Origin: Hormiphora californensis
Lineage: Eukaryota > Animalia > Ctenophora
DNA: 64,000 nt
Direction of reading: 5' to 3'
NCBI GenBank assembly: GCA_020137815.1
Contig: CM035356.1
Location: 3,472,001 to 3,536,000, forward strand
Part shown: positions 13,290 to 24,919 of the stretch, piece by piece
Layout of the letters: every line of letters starts with the position of its first letter
How positions within the stretch are numbered: the first letter of the stretch is position 1
The notes under the pieces: generated by a model
The model's database searches: none
The model's input: the letters and a program-made list of their open reading frames with translations, nothing else
Told to the model about the DNA's origin: nothing
Translations under genes and position numbers: made by a program

Positions 13290-14274
13290 GGCCAGAGGGG
13301 GGGGGTCCGAGGGTCAAAAAATGCACTTTTCTGAGGTTTAAATATGTGATGTAACTCGGAGGTAGGAAAGTTTTGGAGAGGGTAGCTGCGCACCAAGTGT
13401 ATCAGGAGACCCTGTTTTTTGAGGTTAACTTTTCGCCCAAAATGAATGTAAACCTCAAAAAAGCTTGTATTTATGTCACCTACACAGATGAAAATGGTAC
13501 CAATCGATAGATCTTATCAAGGAGACCAAGTGTTCAAAGTTTCAGAGCTCTAAGTCATATAGTTGTTCAGATATTTGAGGTTAACATATCTCCCAAAAAA
13601 CAAGCTTTTGTTGGATAAGTTCAGGTCCACAATTTCACTTTATGCTCCACTTCCTGAAGAGACGGCTAGGACCTGGGCCTTGAAACTTGGCAGTTATGAT
13701 CCTGAGATGGTGAACTAAAAATCTGGTGTAGCGATTTTTGATTTAGGCCCTAGTTCCTGAAATATTGAGGTTAACATTTTAAAAAGCTTGATTTTTGAAA
13801 CGTTAACCTCAATATTTCAGGAACTAGGGCCTAAATCAAAAATCGCTACACCAGATTTTTAGTTCACCATCTCAGGATCATAATTGCCAAGTTTCAAGGC
13901 ACAGGTCCTAGCCGTCTCTTCAGGAAGTGGAGCATAAAGTGAAAAAAATGTTCTGAAATATTCAAAAAAAGGTTGTTTTTTGGGAGATATGTTAACCTCA
14001 AATATCTGAACAACTATATGGCTTAGAGGTCTGAAACTTTAACCACTTGGTCTCCTTGATAAGATCTATCGATTGGTACCATTTTCATCTATGTAAGTGA
14101 CATAAATACACGCTTTTTTGAGGTTTACATTCATTTTGGGCGAAAAGTTAACCTCAATTTTCTCATTAACGGTGCGCGCTAAAACGATTCCAACTATTTC
14201 ATCTGGTCCGGCTCTTCGAGCCGGACCAAACCCCGAAAGTGACTTTTTAGACCCCTCGACCCCCCCCTCTGGCC
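13290..14274. mobile_element. Foldback non-autonomous transposon, TTAA TSD with GG termini (Kolobok-like)
   Basis: TTAA|GGCCAGAGGGGG...CCCCCTCTGGCC|TTAA; internal near-perfect palindrome of ~370-bp arms centred near 13790-13800. Confidence 0.85.
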
Positions 14275-15314
14275 TTAACTTATTGAAATAATACATTAAC
14301 TTTAAGGGTTTTTTGCTGCTCAAGAGGCAATTAAATTTGCCATTCTGCCAATAGCCTTTTGGATGGAATCTCTTGACAGTATTAAATGTTTCTTACTTCC
14401 TTGGGCCTTGATGAAATAAAGGACAGTAGACACTTGTTGAGTCAACACAAAGGGAACTTGTCTTGTATGGTATCTGATTGATCGTTTCGGCAATGCATCA
14501 CCGGTACTATCTACCAGCTAAATCACGGGGCTGCAGGTATAACACATCGAGTCTATCTGTAATACCTTTGTGGCTTTGCATTTTCAATAAAGTTCTCATA
14601 ATACGCTATAACAATTCTAATAAAGTAGTGTAATAAAGCTCCCCCCATAAAATGAATATTACTAAATCCAAATTTCTCCATTGCATGAGTATCTTATAGC
14701 CTAATATAACGATTATAACACGCCCTAATATGTTAATACTTGTTTATTAGAATATTTGGAAGTCTTTCGAGCGTCCTTACTACTATAATAACAGACCTGT
14801 ATATTATGTGCGTAATGCGCTATGGGTTTGTTAACTTGCCAGATGATGGACTCTGTATATAATGCACACCTGTTCCTCTGACGTCAATATAGTCTATACC
14901 GATAATTTCTGTCTAACAACGTGCAATGAGAGCTTTCCCAGTATTGTTATCATTCAGGATCTGAATAATCGCAGATTGTATTTTCTTTCCGCATTGAATT
15001 TGAATGACAATGAATCTCCAAAAAAACCTTTTTCAATTTTCATGGGAGCCATGAAAACATGTTTATATTTTTCCTTCAAGTAAAAAAGATGGAGAATAGA
15101 GACTGGTGCAACGGTTTTTAATCTATAGAACAATTATTAAGAGAGACTATGTATATTGATCAAGTTGTAGCTTGCAGCCATGATGCGAAGCCAGATCTTG
15201 TATCAGTGCTAGGCGACGCGAGGTCCTGCTTGTCTGTTAGTCAAATTATGCCAGGCTGACCTTTCATCAACAGTTATCATTCCAAACTCTTACCTTTTTA
15301 TCTTACCTTTCTTT

Positions 15315-15336
15315 TCTCTCTCTGTGTCTCTCTGTG

Positions 15337-15392
<56 letters not shown>

Positions 15393-15598
15393 CCTCTCTC
15401 TGTGCCCCCCCCCTCTCTCTCCTCGCTCTCTATCTGTCGCATCTCTCTATCTGTCTCCTCTCTCCTCTCTCGCTCTTCTCTCCTCCGTCTCTCCATCTCA
15501 TCTCCTCTCTCTCTCATACTCTATCTCTCATCTCTCTCTCTCTCCTCTCTCTCGTCTCTCTCTCTCTCATCTCTCTCTCTCTGTCTCTCTCTCTCTTC
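15315..15598. repeat. Degenerate (CT)n microsatellite
   Basis: Direct inspection; explains the spurious SL/RE ORFs here. Confidence 0.95.
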
Positions 15599-16424
15599 TA
15601 ACTGAATCTGTATCAGTGAGCGATCTTCCTTGTTACTCAACAAGATCTTCCACGGCCTGGTAACAACTGCAGATGAACTTTCGAGGAAATTTGTGTCAAA
15701 CAACTCTGTCATCAAGCTTTGATCAGATCTGCCGAGATCTATATCACTGTCTCTACCTTTCGTCAAAATAGTTTTTCAAATTCACTATGATGGCTTGCTT
15801 ACGCCATAAAGATCGATTACAGTTCAACTTTTCCACTAGCTTTTTAACTCCCTATTTTTCCGACCTGCATATAATCGATGTATGCATCTGACACCATTGA
15901 GCTGTCAAGACTCAACATAGACACGCCCGTTCACGCCTGCAATAATTTCCCAAGAAAATCGAGCTAAGATCGTTATTGCATACAGAGTCATACATATTTT
16001 ATCGAGCTAAGAGACAGACAGAGTCTGAGAAAGTACTACATAGGAAGATTCAAGAGACACACAAACAGAGAGCACATCAAATATTTCTCTGTCTCTAATG
16101 GAGAAGATTTTTTTGCTAAATATGTGCCTCGCCGCCTCAATCCTCACATATCCTTGAAGGCGTTTGACTTTGCCGTTTGCTAATTTATCTAGTTCTCCTT
16201 TTATCTGTGATCATTTCTAGGTCACAACTGTATCTACCGGACGCCGGTTAAGTTCAACAGCTTGACCTAGTAAGTTTATCTGTTTCGGAAAATTGTTTCG
16301 GAAAATTGAACAGACTAATATTGCTAACTAGTTTCAAGCGCTGAGAGCCAATCGAAGGAGAGAATTCTGGCTCCCCGGTTTTTTCTTCCTCACCAAAGTT
16401 GCCCTTCCAGTAACTCCAAAGTTA

Positions 16425-19400
16425 TCAAAATGCAGACCTCGGCCTCACGCCATTATTACTAAAGTCCACCAATCCAAGATGAAAGCACTCCCTGATACTC
16501 TCCTCCTCCCAATTCAACTGGTTGTGTGAGAATGTTAGTGATCGGAGAGAGGGTAGTTGCTGTGTAACGTATTCCGGCATTTCGGATAGGTAATTGTGGT
16601 CGAGGTGAAGTGCCTCCAGGTTTCTCATTACCACCACCTGTTCCGGAATGTCCGAGATAAGGTTGTAGACCAAAGAGATACTTTTCAGCTTAGGAAGCTC
16701 CGTTAGAATCAGCGGGAATTTGTCTAGGTTGTTGTTCCCTAACCGTATCTCCTCTAACCGGGATAACTTTGCGAGTGTCAGCTCATTTAAACTGGTTATC
16801 CGGTTGTGATCGAGGTTGAGGTGCCTCAAGTTAGCGAAACCTCTCCAGCCCCTTAATTCCATCCACACCCTCCAGCTCACACTTGGTAACCGCCAGATAC
16901 TGCAACACAAGTTTACAGGTTATCATCCGGAGATCCACGATACCATTCCTCAACACTACCCCACTTATGTGAAGGTTTGTTAGGTTTCTTAGCGCCCAGA
17001 TGTGCTCCAAATCCCGTGGAGACATGTCTAGGAGCAGGAGGTACTTGGTTTGCTGTTCTATGTCCGAGATGACTGAGAGGCTGATAGTGTGGTCGGTACA
17101 TGACTCCAGTTCGTTGATAATTTCCTCATAGGTCCACTGGGAGATGTCTTGTCTATTGATTCCAATTATCGTGTCACCGCACTGAAAATATTGGAACAGT
17201 GGTTGCCATGGTTACAGACATACAATGGTCATAGAAATTGTTCATAGCAATCAGGGACATGATCTTTTACAATTTAACCGTAATAGAATCCTCACACAGG
17301 ACGTCTCTAACCTTTTTGTACCATATAAGTACCACTGGGTCATATATGACCCAATTTTTGAAATCGCTATAGCTCAGTCAATTTTTAATATTTTTTGATG
17401 CGGCTTTTTTCTTGCAGTTCTAGTTGGTCTTCTTCTAAAGTGTTTAAAATTATAGAAAATTCGTAGGAGGCGTTTAGAAATGGCATCAAAAGTTAAAAAA
17501 TGACCAAAATGAACATCATTTGGACCCAATTATCTAAGCCTTAACATCAATGATTGCGCATTAAACTTGGATTTTTAGGTAGAGAAATGTCTAAACTATG
17601 ATTTAGGCTTTAGTTTGGGCTCAAAAGTTAATCCTGAAGCTGAGAAATCAGTCTTTAGTGCAATGGGTCATATATGGCCTGTGGTCCTCAAAGGGTTAAC
17701 CGAATTAGAATTAGAATTATATGTATGGATGTTTTCTTCTAGTTTTAATTTTGTGGTTGTAGGCAACGCATGGATGATGCCTCAAATCAAGAATTGATTT
17801 GAGAAAATTGACTTTTTAAAAACCAGCAAATGAAATAATGACAGCTTGAAAAATCATGTCCCACGTGGCACGTACACTTCATCGATGGTGGCCATCAAAT
17901 CTAAGTCTGGCATATTTTAAAGAGTTCAAGGAGCTGCCTAAAGATACTAGGCAAATTATAGGCAATGAATCACTTCAGGCTCGCTTACATGCCTGTCCTT
18001 CCATCTGAAAGCTGTCTCGCCAATTTATTGGAAGTATGACAGAGAGGTTGATTCAAGTATTTAACTACTGGTTCATAAAGGTAGCTTTATATTTGCCCTA
18101 ATGGAGTTGGCGTATTATATGACAACTTTTTGACATGCCTCCCTCTTGATTCAAGAGGGGGGAATGTCAAAAATTTGTCATATAATTCAAGTTGAATGAT
18201 GGATTCTTCATTCATTCTTCTTACGCACAAGTTACAGGGGACGCTCCCTGATGTCAGGGGGACGCTCCCTGATATCAGGGCACGGCGCGTTCCTGCATGC
18301 CCGGCCATCATGTGCAGATGGTTTTGTGGGAACCATGTGACATTGCTGCGCGTCACGTAAATTGAATGGAAAGTAGTACTCACGCGCACCGTCAGCACTC
18401 ACTTGCTTGCCGACCTTGGGAACTGCCGAGCTTGGGAACTGATGCCTGGGAATCTCAAACTGGTGGCCTAACTCGGCATACCATTTATATTACTGCAATC
18501 TAATTACTGCAATCTTTCTCAATCTGCACTGAGAAACTCTTGCTCATAGTTATTTCCTAGTTTAGCTGCACTATTCCTTAATCCTTATGCTCCATGGTCG
18601 GTTGGTAATATTACTGTCTCTATTAACCAATGTCATGAATATACACCACGTGATTTATCCCAAACCGATCTTATTGCTGCTGGTAATTCCTGATATTATT
18701 TGAACCAAAGCATAATATGTGAAAGAAGCCTGAAATATCTTAGCCCACTTCTATAACACCTGTGGTAATCTTTGCTAAGTAAGGGGATGGTAATCTTGGT
18801 AGGCTAAAAGAAGGAACTTTAGTGCAGCTGCTAGCCGTAACTGTCTATTTTTGGCAAAACCCTTAAAAGGAGTAAAATCTCAGGGAGGAAGAACGAGACC
18901 CCCGAAACCGAGACGGGAAGAAAAAGTTACGGGGGCCCTTTGGGGGGGCCCCAATGGGGACGGCGCTTCCTGAACCCCGGGAAATTTTGGGAGGGTTTTG
19001 GGGGAAAAAACCCGGGGGAAAAAAAATTTAAAAGGAAAATTTATTTCCCCCGGGTCCCCCGTTTTGCCACCTTAACCCGGGGGACCGGGGTAAAATTTTC
19101 AAATCATTTTAAAAACATTATTCTTCCAAAAAAGGGGAAACCTCTTATAAAAACCCCTTTTTCCGGGGCCCCCCCCCAAAATTTCGCTTTTAATTTTTTT
19201 TCCCCCATTTAAAAACCCACTTTTTTAAAAAAATTTTTTTTGGCCCAAAAATTTGCTTTAAAAAAATTTAAAAAAAGGGCCCCCATCTTAATTTTTAAAA
19301 AGGGGTTGGGGGAAGGGTTTGTGGGGAAAAGGGGCTTTATTGCAGTGGGGGTTTTTTTTCCATTGGGATAAAATCACACAAAAAAAAAATTTTTTCCCCA

Positions 19401-22400
19401 AAAAAAGGGAAAAAAACCCCCGAAACGGGCCCAAGGGCAAACAAAAAAAGAAAACCTGGGGAAAAAAAAACCCCCCCAAGGAAAACCCCAAAGAAACAAA
19501 ACCAGGGAAAAACCAAGAGACGAGAGGCCTTGAACCCGGAACCAAGAAGACCAGAGGTTTTTGAAAACCGGCAGAAAAAGCCCGAAAGTGAAAATGGGGG
19601 AAAACGGGCCCCAGAGAGAGCAACACTTTCCGACCAGAAAGGGGCTAAATTTAACCCCCAACGGGGACCTCCCAAGGGGAACCCCTACCCGTCCCCCGGC
19701 GGGCCCTATGCCCCACCCAACCCTTTCAGCAAGGAAAGGAAGGGAAAGGAAGGAATGCAAAAGAGGGGGAAAAAGCAGAAAACCCCCCCAACCGCGCCCG
19801 GAGAAGGAGCCTAGAAAAACCCCAGGAAAGGAAGAACCGAACCAACCAAGGAAACCCGAAAAGCGAAACCGGAAGATATTCTGGAACTCAACCCCAAACC
19901 CCAGCCCAGGACGACGGAAAAGCCAAAGCCACAGAAACCACGGAACCGACCCCCCCAAAGGCAAAAGAAAAGAAACGGGAAAAACAACCGAAGCGTTTGG
20001 GGGACCCCGGGGAAGAGCCAGAGGGAAAAGAGGGGGGAAAAGGGAAGGGGGGAAGAGAAGCCCGGGAGAGGGGAAGAAAGGGGGGGGAGAGAAAAAAGGG
20101 AAAGGGGGGAAAAGGAGAGGGAGGAGAAAAAGAAGAGGAGAGAGAGGAAAGAGAAAAGAAAAAGAGAGGAGAACGGGGTGAAAGAAAAGGAGGGAGGAAG
20201 AGAGGGGAAGGGTGGTTAGAAGGAGAGAAAAAAGGGAAGAGTATATTCCATTCCTATTCTGAAAAACCAAAAATTAATATAGTTGTGATTTTTTCCCGAT
20301 TCTTTAGAAGAACCCCGTGAAACAGAGGGGAATAATAAAAACTTTGTCCCTTAGATCCATACTATATTAAAATAACAAAAACCCAAGACGTTTTTTTTTA
20401 TGCCCCATCTCCCGGCCCCTTTTTGTCCTAAAACAAATCTCTCATATTTGACAGACCTGTATTGTATAATAATATTATATCGACCTGGAGTTTCTATAGG
20501 GTCTCCAGTTTTGTAGCCTAAGCTTGAGGAATCGCTATTATATAGCTACATGTACACAAGAATTGACCACTGTTGTACTTTCCATAGAAGTGATAATACG
20601 TACCTTACTTTTGAGTAACAGGTAACTCAACAATACCTTACGGTATGGACTATCGACCCTACTTTATCTCTCTTCTGATTGTCTTGTGCTTTACACTAGG
20701 TACCTTTACACTATAGGTACCTTTACACTGTACCTTTACAGTTTACACTAGTTACCTTTATGCCAGCATTTTCCAGAGGTCCCTCGTCCACAAGGTCAGC
20801 TATGGTCACACTCCGAACTGAGCACCCACCTCCTCCATGCACAAACGTCTCTGATATAGGAGTGGCTTTTTAATTTGGGGAAAAATTGGATTGGAAACCT
20901 AAACTATAGTATAGGTTCTGTGACGTTCAAGATAGTGGTTTATTTTCAAAATTTAAATTAGGAAAATTAGTGATATCGGTTATGGACCATGGTTTCATCG
21001 CAACTTCACAGTTTTGATTTATGTTGCAATGTATTGCGGTTAACATAAAGAGAAATGTCACAAAAGAAAATTTCACATTCACGGCGGCTGTTTTTTGTTA
21101 TATAATTTGACAGTTGCTTTTTAAGTAACGTGATCTTTTAGAAGATAAGATGGAAGCATTTTCGCTAAAAGAGAGAGAAAGATAAAAAGAGCGAGAGAGA
21201 GAGAGAAAAGAACGACGGTTTGATTGATTAGAAAGGTTCAGAAGCTGAAAGTTCAATATCAAATCTGATCAATGTATGGATGGCAATTCTCATTGGTAAA
21301 ATTAGAATCTAATCTTAGTTAGAGAAGTGTAAAAGGTGTTGTACTGATGGTGAATGATTTTCCGAGTGATTTGACCAGGACAAGAGTTACGATATTACGT
21401 CAGTTCTAATAGAACTTCTATCTCATAATTTTTTCCCTGCCCGGGTGAATGCCCGAAGGGCATTCACCCGGGATGATCTTTTTAGCACGCACGTGCTAAA
21501 AAGATCATTCAGGGTTTAGAAATCAGCAGATCGTGGGGGTTAACTAAATGTCTGTCCGTCTGTCCACCGTTACACATAGTAACAAAGTCTGCTCCTTCAT
21601 AAATCTTTCAACTCACACTTTGCTAATGCAACAAAGGAAATGATTAACACGGATTGTGGCGTGCAATTACTCACTCGTAACACTTCCTACTTTCACCTGA
21701 AATCACTTTGGATACCCTACAGCCGTAGTAGCAAGCCTTCACATAATGATTGCAAGTGACTGGAGTTAAGATGAGCGAGGGTAAAGTTGAAGCACTTTGT
21801 AACCAACCAGGGTCTTCTTATCAACTGCCTTGGTTATCATAGCAACTGGCTTGGTTACCATAGCAACTGCTTTGATTACCATAGCAACCACCCTAGATAC
21901 CATAGCAACTAACATTCTCTTTGAGTGCAAAATTCATCGGGAAATCTAGTTTTGAAGCTAAGTCATCAATTTTACACCCATTTGTGGCAGGGAACACCGC
22001 ATTATGAATACATAATACAATAATTCTTGTTACACCAAACATAATTCGTTTACGGGGCCCGGATGAGACGCCCGTACCAGTCGCCCGTACATTTGCTTTG
22101 CGCATTACGTTTCACCACACTTTCACCACAACGAAACACATGCGCGTGACACGCATGTACCTTATATTTTGTGGTGAAAGTGCGATGAAACGTAATGCGC
22201 AAAGCAAATGTACGGGCGACTGGTACGGGCGATCTATACGGGCGATCTATTCGAGCCCCCGTAATCCCCCGTGTCAAGCACACCATTGTTCAAAAAATGA
22301 TGGTTGAAAAACGTCACGGTTCTCTACCCCTCCCTACATTTTCAAACTTATGCAAATATTATTATTGCAGCTTTCTCTCGGTATTCATATTCCTACATTA

Positions 22401-22406
22401 TTATCA

Positions 22407-22492
<86 letters not shown>

Positions 22493-23376
22493 GATATAGG
22501 TTCCTCCCCAGTGGTCCTCGGCAGAGTTCTTTGAGACTGTGTACTGATTCACCTGCATACTGTACCGTGTCTGCGATTGCGGCATTTGATTTACGGCCTT
22601 TGTGCAGTGTTGATCCTGGTGAGATCGACCTGAAAATGATTTATGTGTTCTTTGGGTTATGTTAGGGATACCATACATATATTTGATATATCCCTATATC
22701 AAGCTGGCTGTGATGAGTTTGAGTTGCCCACACTGTGTTTCTTTGGAACTTTCTTTCGAAATCCAATCATTGCATTGTCAGGCCAATGCTCTGACCACAG
22801 TTCTCGTGCGCTCCGCAAATAGGGTCAGCTCAGGCCAATGCTCTGACAGAATCATCAGGTCTGCAGCTGTAGGATATAACGCATTGTTCAGTAGTTGAAA
22901 GCTAGGTGTATAACATGCTATATAATGAATCTACTCTGGTTTGTGAAGTGTGAAGCGTTGTGAAATGCCACTTCCACACATCTCTCCATTGCAGTACAGC
23001 GTTACAAATTGAGTGCCATTTCATCGCTTCTCCTACAGCTGGGTGTGGTGACGAAAAGTGTGTATTATTGTTCCCCCGACTCTTGTTATACTATATCTAG
23101 GATCTCTGGAAGTGTAACTCGCTTATAATACGAGGTTGTTAGCACATTACCAAGGGATGAAAGTTGTTTCTGGTTGGCGGAGGTAGATTCTCCTGAAGAA
23201 GATTCTCCATTTCCAGGGTAGTCAAGAAGTTTCCATGAATCATCGGTTGTTATCTTGATACGGGGTGTTGATCCATTACCGGCCGATGATGACGATGTAG
23301 GTGGTCCTATCGATGATTCGGAGGCTGCTCGTCGTGCTGTTCGTCGTTTGCGGAGGTAACTCTTTAATCGCCCCAT
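16425..23376 (-). CDS. PDZ-domain + leucine-rich-repeat protein. Exons approx. 23376-23151, 22629-22492, 20850-20756, 17181-16425; one-base frameshift at ~16838
   Basis: Phase-compatible splicing gives basic/Ser-rich N-terminus, then PDZ (VTIADLVDEGPLENAGIKCGDTIIGINRQDISQWTYEEIINEL..ISLSV), then LRRs (NLRHLNLDHNRI, RLEEIRLGNNNL, KLKSISLVYNLI, NLEALHLDHNYL, SLRSLTFSHNQL). Confidence 0.75.
17311..17695. mobile_element. piggyBac-like MITE
   Basis: Right end GGTCATATATGGCCTGTGGTCCTCAAAGGG|TTAA; degenerate left end CTAA|CCTTTTTGTACC...ACCACTGGGTCATATATGACC. Confidence 0.55.
18850..20420. other. Probable low-quality/unpolished assembly segment
   Basis: Abrupt switch to homopolymer-run-dominated sequence with no recognisable protein or repeat structure; its ORFs are low-complexity K/G/P/F. 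Confidence 0.7.
21435..21570. mobile_element. Double-hairpin terminus followed by GTCTGTCC repeats (Helentron/DINE-1-like end)
   Basis: Perfect hairpins 21440-21472 and 21473-21508 enclosed by CCCTG/CAGGG, a T-run upstream, GTCTGTCCGTCTGTCC downstream. Confidence 0.5.
22049..22272. mobile_element. ~230-bp palindromic MITE (copy 2)
   Basis: Near-identical to 12781-13015. Confidence 0.85.
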
Positions 23377-24005
23377 GATCTTGTCGCGATAGTTGTCTTT
23401 ATAAAGGAGCACTAAAATATAAACAAGAAATAACAAACAAGAAGGTGGTTGTGGAGGACACCCTTATCAATGGGAAGTTGAGCGCTTGCAGGCCTGTAAT
23501 ACAATACATGAGGGAGAGAGACTGTTAGAAGTGTGTGATGTTTATTGCGTTATTCATACCAACATTTATTGAATATCAGATATGATAGTTATGATAATAT
23601 GATATGGCGCAGTTGAAAGCAAGATATCGATCCATATTGAACCATCATGACCTCAGATCATATCTTCTTTTCTAATACGTCATTGTATGGCATGTCTCCA
23701 CAGAAGACTCGAAATTTGGCATGTTTGATGTTCACAAGATTGATCTACGTTATTGTTTTCGATTAATCGCGGGCCTTGACACCGATGACGATACTGAACA
23801 GTGAATTGTGTAGTCCTCGTATTTAAGGGTTCTGCTGATTTCTTGATGGTAGTTGCACTGGTGGCAAGTGTCTAACAATGTCGTATAGGCTTTTCTGCTC
23901 CCTACCAGGAAACTATTGCAGTATTGCACCGGCCAATACCGCACACTTGTCACTCAATCAGCTACATTACTGCTGTGCTGCATAATTTGCCTGTAATTCC
24001 ATAGT

Positions 24006-24111
24006 ATATTAGCTCTTTACTCGCAATTGTTGCCTAAAAATGCGTTGTGCAGTTCACTTGAATGCCATGGAGCAGGATATATCTCAACAATTGCGAGTAA
24101 AGAGCTAATAT
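24006..24111. mobile_element. Tiny MITE/hairpin with ~27-bp perfect TIR
   Basis: ATATTAGCTCTTTACTCGCAATTGTTG ... CAACAATTGCGAGTAAAGAGCTAATAT. Confidence 0.7.
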
Positions 24112-24919
24112 TATAGTCGGTGCCATATTGTCGACACTCAAGACATGTACGATTGCACATCTGTCGTGTAGACGAGACTTAAAGCTGAGGAGAGTGGACC
24201 CTCAAAAATTAATTACTTGGCATGTTGTATTAGGAGCTGCTGCCCTTCTGTATGCAGATCACCTCTCATTCAGATATTTCCATGAGCACCTTTCAAGAGG
24301 AGCTAATTAATAAAGCCAGCTTGTTTATGCCAGATTATGTGCATGCATAACGTCATTCAAGTCTCAATATGTAATATGAATGGGGTCCGTGCCAATCAGA
24401 CATTGTATATACCACACCTATAGAGGCTTGCAAAATTCCGTCCCGTACATTTGTCCCGTTCAATATTGCTGAGAAAAAAATTCCAATGTTAATCTGATTT
24501 TAATATTTTGTATGTCTGTTATGGTTATGTGCCAAGTGCGGTGGTATCTAGGTAACAGGACAACAGGTGAGACTTTTGAGAGTTAAAGTTGGTCATTATT
24601 AAAAACTTTACAGCACTTTATTACGTGAAGAGCGCTTTTCTCAGTACCTATCCCTTGTTAAGTGTTATAGGGAATTGTGTGCTGTAGCATACAAATAATT
24701 TCCCATCGATTGTTAGATCTTTTAAAGCTTAGTTTGCCTCCTATGCTAATGATCCAATCTTCTACTTTAGAAATTATGCGTGCATGCAATAACTTACCGA
24801 AGTTGTCTTCGTTAGTACCTTCCCTGCTGTTACCTACTAGCGTTATCTAATAACCATCGTTGATTGATTTACCAATTAATAAGCATTTCAAACTCCTAGT
24901 ATAAACAGTTTGCAGTATC

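Noticed and set aside
18850-20420. Long overlapping ORFs (e.g. 19374-20270, 19561-20181)
   Set aside because: Homopolymer-inflated, stop-poor sequence typical of low-quality reads; no protein motifs.
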